A stretch of DNA of 64,000 nucleotides, from the NCBI GenBank assembly GCA_009103225.1, contig RHPI01003587.1, positions 186,001 through 250,000 on the forward strand. Reading direction: 5' to 3'. A program made the translations under genes and the position numbers. The DNA is from Chlorokybus atmophyticus. Lineage: Eukaryota; Plantae; Mesostigma and Chlorokybus algae. The notes below the pieces were generated by a model, which saw only the letters and a list, made by a program, of their open reading frames with translations, searched no databases and was not told the DNA's origin. Below are positions 14,170 through 26,094 of the stretch, one piece after another. Numbering within the stretch: the stretch's first letter is position 1; every line of letters begins with the position of its first letter.

Positions 14170-14700
14170 TTGCTATTTGATGTATCCATACATACACGAT
14201 CACATACATTAATGTTTACATATATATATACATATTTATACACATATGTATATACATATATATACACAGAGTACAATGGAATATGTATATATGTGTGCAT
14301 TTATCATGTTATCAAATTGGTGGCATTGAATAACACTTATAATGCACAGCGTCAATGTACAACACTTAACAAAACCATTAACATTATATTAATGCTATCA
14401 TATTGTAACATTCTCTACCGCTTTATGTTCATTTATAAATAACAGTGTAGTATACAACAACTCATAAGGTCACAGAACATATATGCATTAATGCATATAT
14501 ATGGTAATGTACATATGCATATATACATATATATGCATTAATGTATGGACATTATGATAACGATATATAACGATAGTTTAGCACAGTACTATTATATTAT
14601 ATTCTGTTGGTATACATGCATGCATAGATGTACATATGCATGTATACAGAACAATTGTATAATACACATTCGCAACTTCGTGGACATGCAGTTATGGTAA
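14170..14700. repeat. AT-rich (TA/CA) microsatellite-like core of copy A
   Basis: Runs of tatata/tacata. Equivalent cores lie at ~17250-17810 and ~59850-60430. Confidence 0.8.
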
Positions 14701-15117
14701 CTATGTTCATTGCACAGACAGCCACTTACAGCTTATTAACAGCCCGGCTGTCAATTGGTCGCCGACCATTTGCGGCTGTCCACCTGTCGGTGAGCATTTT
14801 TTGACAGTCGAGGCGGCCTGTTAATAAGTTTTGAGCTATATATATATTTGTACAATCATTAGTTTATGTGTCTTAGCCTGTCCGTAGGTTTTAAGCAACT
14901 TATATTCATACAGTCAGTAGTCTTTATGTAGGTACTCATGGTAGCGGCAGGGCCGCGGTTATGGTGCGGCGTACTGTTGCATGCATAATACACGGACCAG
15001 TAATGTCACTGGTCCCTGCCGCACCATTTATGGTTCGGGACGGACCAGATACGGTGCGCGACAGCAGGACCGCAGGGCCGCGGGACCATATCTAACTTGC
15101 ATGGAAGGACCAGCGTA

Positions 15118-15566
15118 CAGTTTACCCTCTTTAAGAGCATACTGTTTGCCCCCAGCCATTGTATGCTCTTCGCGAGGTTATTCTCTTGGCGTTTAAGAGA
15201 ATAATATGCTTTTAGATGTCAAGAGCATATTTATGTTAGTAGCGCGGTTTCATCACGCCCATTACGTCACGCGTCACGTTTACCCCGTCGCACCGTCACG
15301 CTAATTGCGTCTCACACCTTGCCCATCACGCCCTAACCGTCACGCTCATCACGCCTTATGCCAAACTCGTCACGTCTCCTCCCTCGATGTTAGGAATATG
15401 CAAACTCAAACTTGCAAGAATTTCACCGGGAAAAAATATGCTCTTCGCGGTTAGTCATATTCTCTTAAGCACCAACATTTGCCGGTAAAACCATTAGTAA
15501 CCTCACATTCTATGCTATAAGCAGGGTTATTCTCTTGAAGCGAAGTCTCTGAGCAGGGGTAGACTG
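15118..15566. mobile_element. pogo/Tigger-family MITE (449 bp), TA TSD, nested in copy A
   Basis: TA|CAGTTTACCCTC...CAGGGGTAGACTG|TA. Termini and subterminal AAGAGAATA blocks are homologous to the autonomous element at 56274-59417. Confidence 0.8.
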
Positions 15567-16711
15567 TATTTGACTGGTCCGTGCCGCACCATGTTTAGTG
15601 CGGAACGGACCATGTCTGGTGCGCGACTGCGCACCAGGATGTGGGGCCCCGAACGGACCAGGAATGGTCCGTCCCCCGCGGACCAGGCAGTCCTGGCCCG
15701 CGGGATACGGACAATGAATGGTCCTTGAACGTCAAGTCGTGTGCAACATGAATGATTTCGCTGTGATGCTTCACAAACTCGTCCTTGGTCATCATGTCCG
15801 GGTTGTTGTCGCAGCATGTGCTTGTGGTGTTCTTCACGGTAACGAGCCTTGAAGCTAGAGAAGCAAGAGACATCCAGCACCTACAGCAATAGAGGTCAGA
15901 GCATGTATTGATTGTTCTATTGTAGAGTATGCACAGCAACACTACTTGCATGGTGTGTGTCAGGTGAGGAGGGAGCAGGATGATGTGCACTCCATGCTCT
16001 CTAGCCTTGAAGATGAGGTCCAGCTACATTTTGCTATCAATGACGAGGATGCATGGGTACTGAGGTTGGAGCCCCCAGCTACGTAGCCTAGGAAGTGGTT
16101 GAACCAGGCAGCAAATGTTTCATGTGTCATGTAGGCGTTCTCCTGTGCATATCATTCATGAGTGCATGCACGTATGAATGGACGGTGAGTGCATGTACAG
16201 CACTTACCTGCATGGCCACCATGCAGCCTGGGTGCATCTTTGAGGTAGTTCTGTGTCTTGCGTTGCCCTTTGTGTATGTATCACACGGATTGACGTTCAA
16301 GGACCATGAATGGTCCGTGACGCAGGACCGGGATTTCCCCCTGCTAAATGAAATCGGTGGACCTTGCATGGTCTGTTTTCATCGACAGTCGGACCGTTCA
16401 TGGTCCGAATTTCACGTGAATGGTACCATTGTCCCTTGGTACGCACCACTTAAGGTCCGGCCGATTACTGTTGCGTCAGGACCAGGTATGGTCCAGCCAT
16501 CGGACCAGGGACAAAGTCATCACAATACTTCAATAACTGGTCCGGCCAGCGGACCATCGACCGAAGTTTAATATGAAACAATGCAAACATTAGTGCAACT
16601 GCAGTAAAAGTTGAGACATCTTTGCCGGCGGCACCGGCCACGCCCAACCTGCGGCGCAGGAGGCCGCGGCCAGCTCCGCGGAGTTAGTGGAATGATTAGT
16701 CAAGAACACAC

Positions 16712-16784
16712 CGCATCGGCCGGATTTGAACCCAGTACCTTTAGCATATCAAAGACGACGCCCTAACCACTAAGCTACAAGTGC
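16712..16784 (-). ncRNA. tRNA-like 73-nt sequence inside copy B
   Basis: Minus strand GCACTTGTAGCTTAGTGGTTAGGGCGTCGTCTTTGATATGCTAAAGGTACTGGGTTCAAATCCGGCCGATGCG. Good A-box and B-box (GGTTCAAATCC), D-stem pairs, anticodon stem broken. Confidence 0.65.
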
Positions 16785-18453
16785 ACGTACCGGTAGGGCC
16801 GTATGGCAACCTATATCATGTTGTTTATTGCATGCGCCGACAGCCGCTTAGCAACTGTCGGCCGGCGGCAGTAATTGCCGATGGACAGTCGGAGATTGTG
16901 TGTCACTTTGATAGGCCCATAGGCTGAGCCTATGCAATTGTAGCATTTATAGGCTGTACCAGTTACATGGACGGTGGTAAACTACATACCGGTAGCCGCG
17001 AACTCGGCGGTTGTCAATACGCCAGTACAATTTGTAGACTTGTTAGGGGCTGTCATTATGACAATGCTTAGTGATAGTAGCCAAATTGCGACTGTCAATG
17101 CAGCCAGTGTACCTTATCGGGCTGTCGATGATTCTGTGGTCGCATGAGGCTTTTATAGGCCATTTATGAGGTTATACAAGTAAGGCTATAAGTCATAACA
17201 TCTGACATTGCTTGCGCTTTTGTTTCATACAAATTATTAAAATCAATCATACCATAAACTACGCCTAGCAATGCAACATGCGAACAGCATCAACATATGT
17301 ATTCATGGTATGATATTAACGGTTGTGAACATCATAATAATGTAATAACCAACGAACTATATATAATGTAATTACACGCGCAACGCATGGATGTAAATTT
17401 GCTTTAATTATAATTGTAGACTATGTAATTGTATAGTAATCATAACACTTTGTACAATCATATTTTTATACATTATTTTAGATATATATAATTTTGCATA
17501 TGAAAGGTCTAATGCACATGTGTACGCGCATCAATATACTTACAACAATGTATGTACATGAAATGATAGATATGAAGTAATTGCACGGCTACGTATTGCG
17601 GCCGCAATACGTCAATAATTTTTGCTTGTATACCTTAAGCCTATTCCTACATGCACACACACACACACGTATATTTATCAACATATATATACATATGCAT
17701 GTATACATATATATATATACATATGCATGTATACATATATATATATGTATATATACACATATCCATTTATATGTATATATTTATATGTATACACATATCC
17801 ATTTATACATGTATAGGCCACAAGTGGACAGCCGCAACTGGTCGGCGGCTGTCAAGTTAAAATGTACATGGACAGCCGGCTGTCATTATACATTGACAGC
17901 CGCCGACCATTTGCGACTGTCCACTTTATGGTAAGCAGCGACAGTCGGTGCGGCCTGTCATTTATTAAATGATGATACACACAATGTACCTATGTACTCG
18001 TACATGCAATAACGATACTTCAGTCATGCTACACGTGTAGCGCGCCCTGCAGGGCCGCCAACCAGCAACATTGCTGGTCCATGCCGCCCCATACATGGTG
18101 CGGTACGAACTATGTACGGTGCGCGGCTGCTGGGCCGCTGAGCCGCGGGCCCACTCCTGGTCCGCATCCAGGAACCAGCGTAGAGTACTGGTCCGTGCCG
18201 CACCATACAAGGTGCGGCACGGACCATGGGCATTACTCGTCGGCTTCAACTATTGGCCGGCGAGTTTTCGTTTAACAAATTAATAAGTAAGTGATTAATA
18301 CGTATAGTTTAAGTTAGGGTTTGCCTCTGTTGCTTGACACACACGTGTCAAGCAACAGAGCAGTTGAGGCCGTCACCTCAGCGGCGGCGTTGTTGGCGAC
18401 GCTGCTGGCGACGGCGAAAATTCGGCGAAAGTTTGGGGAGAGGAGAGAGAGAG

Positions 18454-20072
18454 ATGCCGCCGAAGGGGCGGGCTGTGGCTGCTGGCGGGCAGCGCGGCCG
18501 AAAGAAGCCGGCTGCTGGAGCTGCGCAGCCAGGCAAGCAGGCCGCATCACCGGCCGGTGATGAGGGGCAGGCCAGCGCGGCCAAGCAGCGGCGAGCAGCG
18601 CGGAAGGCCACGCAGCCTGCTGCGCCGGTAGCTAGGCGTACGGCTCAGCCTGTGCCGCCAAAGTCACATGCGGCCGACGCAGAGCCAGAGCCAGAGCCAG
18701 AGCCAGAGGTGACGCTGGAAAACGCTGCAGAGCCAGAGCAAGCTGCCAAGCTAAAGCTGCCCACGGTTCCGCGACGTCAGCGTAGTAGAGTGGAATTGTC
18801 ATCCACCTCGGAGGAGGAGGAGGACAACAAAAAGAAGAGGTTCAAGAGGAAGAAGAAGGTGCACAAGAAGAGACGCACGTCGTCCTCGTCATCCACCTCC
18901 TCGTCATCATCTAGCTCTGATACGGACAGCTCCGACTCTGGAGATAGGCATACGAAATACATCAAGCACATCGGCTTCATCAAGCGCCTGTCCAAGCAAT
19001 CAGAGACATATGCCTTGTGGGAGGAGTACCGCACGCGCAAGGTCTCGACTGGTGTGCAGGCTTGCTTCGAGGCGATTGGCCGTGCCCTCTTCACAGGTCC
19101 GCCAGTTGCGCAGTTGGTGTCATATCTGTATCAGATGCTGCTCACGCACGTGCACGGTAGCGTGGACTTTGCAGCAGCTTTTGCGACCGGGGCTCGAGGT
19201 ATCATCAACGACGCCCGCATCAACCGCAAACACAAGGAAGCCAAGGTGATTCGGCGCCTCACCAAGCTCGCCAACAGCTTCCAGGGCAAAGCAGCCATGC
19301 AAAAGGCAAAGACTTCTGTCCCTCAGTAAGTCTGTTGCTTGTAAGAGTTGTAACACCAAACATGCAATGCGCTGACATGCACACATGCACTCTGCTTAAC
19401 AGTCGCACAATGTGTGCGTGCAGTATGCTCAGCAACTGCTGTTTGTGTCATGGTGCAATGCGCACCTGCTTATGAACATGCACAATGTGTGCATGCAGCA
19501 TGCTCAGCAGCTGCTATCTGTTGTAATGGTGCAATGCGCGCCTGTTCAACAATGGCACAATGTGTGCATAATACATGCAGCGTGCACCACAGTTGCTGTC
19601 AGATAGCATGGTGCTTCACGCACCCGTTGTATTTGATAATGCGCACAATGTGTGCATACAACATCAGTTGCAACACCATGTCAATGGTGCCATGTGCGCC
19701 TGTGTCCACTCCCATATATATGTCAAGCAGTGCACAGCACTTGTTCATGTGTTGGTGCACAGCACATGTGCTGTTACTATTGCATTGAACAACCAGCTGC
19801 AATGGGCACGGTGCATACCTGTGAGTTCTACTTAAGGTTTGCTTCACGTCAGACCATTGATGCAATCGTGCGCCTACAGGCGCTCCGTCACAGAAGAGGG
19901 GAGTACCCAGTTCCAGCGTGGACGCGGTCGTGGTGGCTACGGCCGCGGTGGTCGTGGTGGTTACGGTCGCGGAGGCGGCTACAACAATCAACAGACTGCG
20001 CCCGCTCACCAGGAAGCGCTGGCATACTATGTCCCCGTGCAAGAGCAGCCACGCCTAGCATTGCAGCAGTAA
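18454..20072 (+). CDS. DIRS ORF1 (gag-like), probably spliced (intron 19326-19879) to an RGG-rich exon
   Basis: ATG at 18454, open to 19329 with K/R/S-rich low complexity then a helical region. CA|GTAAGT donor and CTACAG|G acceptor join in frame to RSVTEEGSTQFQRGRGRGGYGRGG... Confidence 0.65.
19405..19830. repeat. Degenerate ~75-85-bp tandem repeat inside the DIRS ORF1 intron
   Basis: Recurrent gcacaatgtgtgc...atggtgc..tgcgc.cctg units, about 4-5 copies. Confidence 0.7.
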
Positions 20073-20262
20073 GTCATGCTGCCAGTACAGCTGCCGAGTA
20101 GCTACAGTGCAATAGCAGAAGATGTCGACAGGTGCTGGTGTGTATCATAGCTGGCGCAAGCGCGCATGTATGCATGTATGCGCGCAACTGCGCATGTATG
20201 CATGTTTGGATGATGTATTATAGTGTACTTGAAGTGCAGCTGTTCATGGCTGACAATGGCAT

Positions 20263-22680
20263 GTGTGTATGATACACACAGCTGTATGTTACTTGACAGG
20301 GTTATTTCGCATACGAAAGGCCAATAGTCACTTCTGGTATAGCTTAATTGATTGGCATGTGCGCAGACATAGCACATCTGAAGAACTCGTCGCTATTAGT
20401 GCCATTCTTGAGGATGATTGCATGCAAGCAGAGTGGGATCCTGCAATGCCAGCTTTGGCAGTGGACCCTTTGTCCCCACCAGAGGAGCACACTGATGTTA
20501 TTACACAAGTGCCACACACTGTTGCGAGCTTACCTATTGCACAGCAACAAGAGGACATTCGTTCAGTATATGCGGAGTTGTCACAAGTGTCAACAGGCTT
20601 TGAAGAGCATCCTAGCTCAGCAACCCAATGGGCAGAGCAGCTACACACCGAAACTCTTAATGCGGAAAATTTTGTGGCAGCCTCTTTGCAGCAGAAGCTC
20701 GCAGCATGGACCACATGGTTTCACTTGACGATGCAAAGCAAGAAGACATTTGTGCTTGACTGGTTGCGTTACGGGTATCGCTTACAATGGGTCGGCACTC
20801 AAGCATCGGATAGACGCAAGTGGGAAGAAGTACATGCATTGTTACAGGCCGAAGGCTTTGCTGTTGAGGATATTACAATTATGCTGTCACGCAATTCCCC
20901 AACACCAGTTGTGTTTCGAAATCGCAAGTCCGCTTCTATACATCGCGAATACGTTGTCAGTGAGTTGGCAAATTTGGTGACAACAGGAGCAATCTCTGTA
21001 GTTAATGCGCACAGCGCGGCAGTGGTCACTGGCATAGGAGTGGTTGAGCAGGAAAAACGTTTGCGACTCATTATGGACCTGAGGTATATCAACCTCTTTT
21101 TGCGCCACATTCCCTTCAACTATGAGAGGTTGCGCGATATATTGCTGTACACAAAGCGCCACTTTTGGCAAGTAACAGCGGACTTGAAGTCGGGTTATCA
21201 TCATGTGCCCATTCATGAGGACAGCAAGCCTTACTTGGCTTTGCGATTTGCTGGAGTCACATACAGGTGGAATGTGCTGCCATTTGGCCTGAGTCAAGCA
21301 TGCTGGCTGTTTACGAACTTGATGTCCACTGTCTTCACGCCTTTACGGGCTATGAGCTTTCCATGCCTTTCCTATATTGATGACATGCACTTCAGCCATT
21401 CCAATCGTTGGCATTTGTGCTGGCGCATTCGCCGCGTACTGCGTCTGTTTAAGGTGCTTGGAATATATATTTCTGTGAAGAAAAGCCAGTTGTGGCCGGA
21501 GCAGGTGGTACAGATGTTGGGTCTGCTGGTGGACACTGTGGCAGGCTCTTTTGCTATTCCTGCAAGCAAGCTGACCAAGCTATTGCAGCTGATGAAGGAG
21601 TTAGCAGAAGCTCCTATATTGACCAAGCGTCATCTGGCACGCATTGCTGGCAAATTGATTGCGCTAAGACTAGCTTTTGCACCTGCAAGCATTTATGCTC
21701 GCCAGCTGATGCGTTTAGCGTTGGTTGCTGATGCATGGGACGATACTGTGAGTGATACGAACGCCTTCAGACACTTCTGTGAGTGGACTGCTGCTGGCTT
21801 GCAGACTTACAATGGCAACGCTTGGTGGAAGCCCCCCGTACTGCTTGAGCTGCACGTGGATGCTTCGGGTACCATTGGTTGGGGGGCGACAGGTCCTTGG
21901 CCTCGCATGGCAGGCAACTTTCAGCCTGAGCATATGTCGCTGCCTTCGGCCATCAAAGAGGCACTCGCTTATGTCCAAGCATTTACTGAAGTAGCACGCA
22001 CGCACGATCTTCAGCACTGTACAGTGCGCATTATTGGCGATTGTCAACCAGCGATTCAAATGCTCAACAAGCTGTCTGCTTCTGAGCCTCATATCCTACA
22101 AGCTTTACATCAATTGTGGTCTTTGTGCTGGGAGCGTGATATTGCGCTGACATGTGTGTGGCGCTCACGTGATGAGCTGCGTGATGCGGATGCATTATCT
22201 AAATTTACTGACAGAGGAGATTGGGCCCTGACCGCAGACGCAACCGCGCTTGTACAACAACGTGTTGGACACCCAATTTTGGATTGTTTTGCAGCTGATT
22301 GGAACAGCAAAGCACCTGCTTATTTGAGTTACATACACATGCCTGGAAGTTTGGGCAATGCTCTTACTACAAACTGGCGCGATGTTCTTCAACGCTTAGG
22401 GGGCGGCTTTGTTTGGTGTCACCCGCCATTGGCCCTCCTGCATGAAGCCATAGCATTATTGCAATATTACCAGCTGCCAGCTGTGGTGTTGGTGCCTGAA
22501 TGGCACTCTGCTGTGTGGTGGCCAGTGTTCCGCAACTGGCAATTCACTTATTATGAGAGATTAGGCCCACGGCCCGAATGGTTTGAACGTGGTGCTCGAG
22601 TACCCGAAAACAGCATCAACCCTGGACGCTACCCATACATTTGTGCTTTTGTGCATTGGGTAAGCGCACCTTTCGTGTAG
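20263..22680 (+). CDS. DIRS reverse transcriptase - RNase H - DNA N6-adenine-methyltransferase-like polyprotein
   Basis: Uninterrupted 805-codon ORF: RLIMDLRYIN, DLKSGYHHV, LPFGL, YIDD (RT); VDASG..GWGA, KEALA, GDCQ, DADALSK (RNase H); DCFA...NAL...WCHPP...LVPEW (DIRS MT domain). Confidence 0.95.
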   Translation: MCMIHTAVCYLTGLFRIRKANSHFWYSLIDWHVRRHSTSEELVAISAILEDDCMQAEWDPAMPALAVDPLSPPEEHTDVITQVPHTVASLPIAQQQEDIRSVYAELSQVSTGFEEHPSSATQWAEQLHTETLNAENFVAASLQQKLAAWTTWFHLTMQSKKTFVLDWLRYGYRLQWVGTQASDRRKWEEVHALLQAEGFAVEDITIMLSRNSPTPVVFRNRKSASIHREYVVSELANLVTTGAISVVNAHSAAVVTGIGVVEQEKRLRLIMDLRYINLFLRHIPFNYERLRDILLYTKRHFWQVTADLKSGYHHVPIHEDSKPYLALRFAGVTYRWNVLPFGLSQACWLFTNLMSTVFTPLRAMSFPCLSYIDDMHFSHSNRWHLCWRIRRVLRLFKVLGIYISVKKSQLWPEQVVQMLGLLVDTVAGSFAIPASKLTKLLQLMKELAEAPILTKRHLARIAGKLIALRLAFAPASIYARQLMRLALVADAWDDTVSDTNAFRHFCEWTAAGLQTYNGNAWWKPPVLLELHVDASGTIGWGATGPWPRMAGNFQPEHMSLPSAIKEALAYVQAFTEVARTHDLQHCTVRIIGDCQPAIQMLNKLSASEPHILQALHQLWSLCWERDIALTCVWRSRDELRDADALSKFTDRGDWALTADATALVQQRVGHPILDCFAADWNSKAPAYLSYIHMPGSLGNALTTNWRDVLQRLGGGFVWCHPPLALLHEAIALLQYYQLPAVVLVPEWHSAVWWPVFRNWQFTYYERLGPRPEWFERGARVPENSINPGRYPYICAFVHWVSAPFV

Positions 22681-23799
22681 GTAACGGTGCATGATAACAG
22701 AACTTCTCCATGTGCCTTGAGCTTGTATTTCTTCCAGAGTAACGCCACAGCGGAAGGCGCTCTGAGCGGCACCACGTCTGAAAGAGTGCAACCCCAGGTG
22801 CGGCCTATATATGCCACATGCCTTGCAGCAGCGCGCAATTGCATGGTATGCACAGTTACCAGACATGCTATGTTCTTCCCACTTCAACCTATTCTTCGCA
22901 ACAGGCCGAAATAGAGGACCAGCGGTGATGGCAAAGCAGCTCCCGCGACAGTAGGTCAAATAGGCATAGAGCACTTCAGAGAACTCCACAGGCAAACCAC
23001 TGCTGCGCACTGGTATAGTGGGTGCACCTCCAGTGCTGTAATTCTTGAGATGTGTTACAGTGGCCGTCAACCCAGAACCTGCCGCTTGTATCTCGTGCAT
23101 CTGTAAACGCGCACCTTCACCACCCCGTTGCCATGTGCACCATAGGTATAGGCAAAGTGCATAGTCGCGCCAGAGCACAGCCTTATCATGTGTGACTGTC
23201 AGTTGCTGAGGTATGGTAAACAGCTGGTGTTGGAAGTATGCGATAAGCGTTCGCATGTCATCAATTGCCAATGGCACAGCAGGAATAGGTTGAACTCCTT
23301 GCCGAGCAGCAATCTTTGCATATCCTTGACGGAACTCGCGCACGTCTATGGACAGAAGCGGGTTCCCTGTGGATGTGTCGCTGTCCCATGGGCTGATGCG
23401 CCCTAGAAGTCTGAAGGAGCATGTGAGATGTGAGATCACATTGTCTAGTGTGGTGCTGGCGATCATGCGATGACCATGGCGGTCGAGCCTGCGAGCTTTG
23501 CCGATGTGTGTGTCGGTCCAGTGCCCAGCAAGGTAGCTTGTGACAATAGCTGGGGTGACGTTGGCGACGGCAATGTTGAGCTCAGGATGTTGCAGGTAGT
23601 TGGCAAACTCTTGCCAGACGCGATCGCGTTGGTCGCGAGTGCCATCAGATACAGCTTCACGACTGATGCGCTCTACTTCCAAAAGCGCTGCTGCTGCTCG
23701 CTCTCGCAGATTACACCCCATTACTTGCTGTGGACGCACAGTCGCGCGTGCGGTGCGTTGTGCATCAGCGGTATGTTGCAAGCGCTGTGCGAAGTCCAT
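22561..23799 (-). CDS. DIRS tyrosine recombinase (antisense to RT, overlapping its 3' end)
   Basis: Open frame (ORF track 22561-23910; likely ATG 23799) with catalytic R (WQRGGE), K (HLKN), HxxR (HSFRR), W (GTWRS) and Y (HRYL). Confidence 0.93.
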   Translation of the reverse strand: MDFAQRLQHTADAQRTARATVRPQQVMGCNLRERAAAALLEVERISREAVSDGTRDQRDRVWQEFANYLQHPELNIAVANVTPAIVTSYLAGHWTDTHIGKARRLDRHGHRMIASTTLDNVISHLTCSFRLLGRISPWDSDTSTGNPLLSIDVREFRQGYAKIAARQGVQPIPAVPLAIDDMRTLIAYFQHQLFTIPQQLTVTHDKAVLWRDYALCLYLWCTWQRGGEGARLQMHEIQAAGSGLTATVTHLKNYSTGGAPTIPVRSSGLPVEFSEVLYAYLTYCRGSCFAITAGPLFRPVAKNRLKWEEHSMSGNCAYHAIARCCKACGIYRPHLGLHSFRRGAAQSAFRCGVTLEEIQAQGTWRSSVIMHRYLHERCAYPMHKSTNVWVASRVDAVFGYSSTTFKPFGPWA

Positions 23800-26094
23800 C
23801 TGCACAACGATCACACACATTGTCAGACGACTGCGCGCAGCACTCTGCGCAAGGATCAAACACTGTGTCAGGCAACCAAACAAAACTATCTTGATTTGCA
23901 ACTTTGGCAATACAAATACACCAGGCTCTACACCTACAACTCGTCCCTACTGATATATGCTTGGGAGGGGGAGGTAGAATGTTCAATGCATTCGCAGTTG
24001 TTCATCGTGTAAATCATACTTATAACGATGAACGCGTATGATCGTAGGGCTTAGGTGTTCTTGCCAAAGTTGGACTGTAGGTAGGATAATTGTTTGAAAC
24101 AAAAGGAATGTAAATCGTTCATCGTGTGCAAAGTAGTATAATGGGCATTACTTGTCGGCTTCAACTATTGGCCGGCGAGTTTTCGTTTAACAAATTAATA
24201 AGTAAGTGATTAATACGTATAGTTTAAGTTAGGGTTTGCCTCTGTTGCTTGACACACACGTGTCAAGCAACAGAGCAGTTGAGGCCGTCACCTCAGCGGC
24301 GGCGTTGTTGGCGACGCTGCTGGCGACGGCGAAAATTCGCCCTTCCCGCCCCACCCTGATGCGCCGCCGCGCTTCACAAGAACTATGCGCCTCGTCTCGA
24401 TTGCGCTTTCAAGTTCATGCTCATGCTCAGGAACGAGATAAGTGGATCGTGATTCTAAATGCATTCGTCTCGGTTGAATAGGATCCGGGTTGCGTCAACG
24501 GCGTGCTGCTGACCGTGCGATTACGTTGTTACATCGACGGTATTTCGCTTCATTGCTAGCCGCCGTCGGTACATCCCGAATGTTCAATGCATTCGCAGTT
24601 GTTCATCGTGTAAATCATACTTATAACGATGAACGCGTATGATCGTAGGGCTTAGGTGTTCTTGCCAAAGTTGGACTGTAGGTAGGATAATTGTTTGAAA
24701 CAAAAAGAATGTAAATCGTTCATCGTGTGCAAAGTAGTATAATGTGTGGTGCGCTACTGCGCGCCAGGTGTTGGGGCCCCAAAAGGACCATGCACGGTCC
24801 GTCCCTCACGGACCAGACACTCGTGGTCCGCGGGGACGGACCATGTATGGCCCGCGGGGTCCGTGGAAGGACCATGCATGGTCCCCGAACGTCAATCCGT
24901 GTGTATAGAGTGGGCATGCTGGTGCCTGCAGCAGAGACGCATGCCATGATGCTGATGTGCTCCATGTTGCCAACCTTCACATGGAAGAATCAGTACAAAT
25001 CGTATACCCGTAAACTGCAATCGATATGGCCAGCGTCCGCGAGCCGCATACGTTTCTCGTACAAGCCATGCATGCACCATATGTGGTGGCGTCAATGTTA
25101 CAGGCCATACTGGTCGTCGGTTGTACCATACACGCTGTGCACTTAAGCCACATCAGATGTGGTGCAAACAGCGCACCATGTATGGTTTCATAGATTTTTA
25201 CCGCCATTAATGGCTTGAACCCTGTTGCCACCATATATGGTGCTGCATATTCACCACCACATCTAGTGCAAGACTCAATGCCATGTATGCTGTAAATTTA
25301 TAGCCATGTGTGTGTTGTTGATACATGACCATGCATGGTGTGTAAGCATTGGTGCCATACATGGTCTGAAATCAGCGGCAGGTGTGGCCCCAAACCTATG
25401 GACCATTGCAGGTGCGCATCACTTGCGTGTCGGCTTGCATGCGCGCCATAAATGGTTGTGACTTACGCTGACTGCCACAGCTTGTTCCATTTGTGGCGCT
25501 AATTATTGCCAACTGTAATCAACGTCATGTACCTGGTCTTTATAAGAAGTTGCGTTGATTGCCATATGACATGTGTACATCTTGAAGTAGGACTCTAGGC
25601 ATGGCATTCAACGTCACAAGCCAGTGGCCGCATGTGCACGCCATACATTATTAGCCAACAACGATGACTGCCATCCAACACACAATACTGGGCCCGTATG
25701 TGTTGGAAGGGCAGTCAATGTAAGTGGACTTGCTGTATGCTAAGAACGACATTGACTGCCAGGAAGCAGCACATTTGACACGATAGCCATCTACTAAATG
25801 CAGTTAACGTCTTGAATGCGACTCTGTCATTGATGGCCACTAAGTTGCATCTCTGAGGTGTTGGCAGTGTAAAATGGCAGGTATATTGTAAATAAGACCT
25901 CACACACAAACATATATCAGCGCTAGTGAACATACCAAGTTCAACGCGGATGAAGTACTGTATAATATGGCCTACATGTTGAGTGGTAAACTGACATGTA
26001 TCATATACAAATGCTTGTTTTTAATTTAATTGGGGGGTGGGTGGCTGAGCGAGATAAGCTTTCAAAATTGCAAGTTGGCAAAGTTAGCCATCGA

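Larger units (their letters stand above)
13427..15743 (+). mobile_element. Non-autonomous CACTA/EnSpm-like element, copy A (2317 bp), TSD CAA
   Basis: Starts cacaccgattgacgtc and ends gaacgtcaagtcgtgtg; CAA on both flanks; GGACC/GGTCC subterminal repeats; colinear with copy B. Confidence 0.85.
18229..24741 (+). mobile_element. DIRS-order tyrosine-recombinase retrotransposon, PAT/kangaroo-like, with split direct repeats
   Basis: A1 18229-18424, B1 23977-24140, ATG, A2 24144-24339, unique spacer, B2 24578-24741. Repeat pairs differ by about one base each. Contains gag-like, RT-RNaseH-MT and antisense YR ORFs; ATG trinucleotide at both flanks. Confidence 0.93.
16282..24903 (+). mobile_element. 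Non-autonomous CACTA/EnSpm-like element, copy B (8622 bp including the nested DIRS element), TSD TAT
   Basis: tat|cacacggattgacgttc ... gaacgtcaatccgtgtg|tat. Exact palindrome GGACCATGCATGGTCC at 24869-24884. Confidence 0.88.
12712..24985 (-). pseudogene. pogo/Tigger-type DDE_1 transposase pseudogene in three pieces (24904-24985, 15744-16281, 12712-13426), split by two CACTA-like insertions
   Basis: Removing the inserts plus one TSD restores EHISIMACVSAAGTSMPTLY|IHKGQRKTQNYLKDAP. Further motifs: YMTHETFAAWFNHF, GVHIILLPPHLTHTMQ-VLDVSCFSSFKARYREEH, AMTYANITNSLKACG, and a C-terminal RRRSL..ACILTSPELVRYLQAK followed by a charged tail. Contains stops and frameshifts; termini not found. Confidence 0.8.

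Noticed and set aside
13822-16784. Functional tRNA genes
   Set aside because: Anticodon stems do not pair and the implied anticodons differ between the two copies (TGC vs TGA).
22100-22600. Methyltransferase domain as novel cargo
   Set aside because: A DAM-like MT domain after RNase H is a standard feature of many DIRS-order elements.
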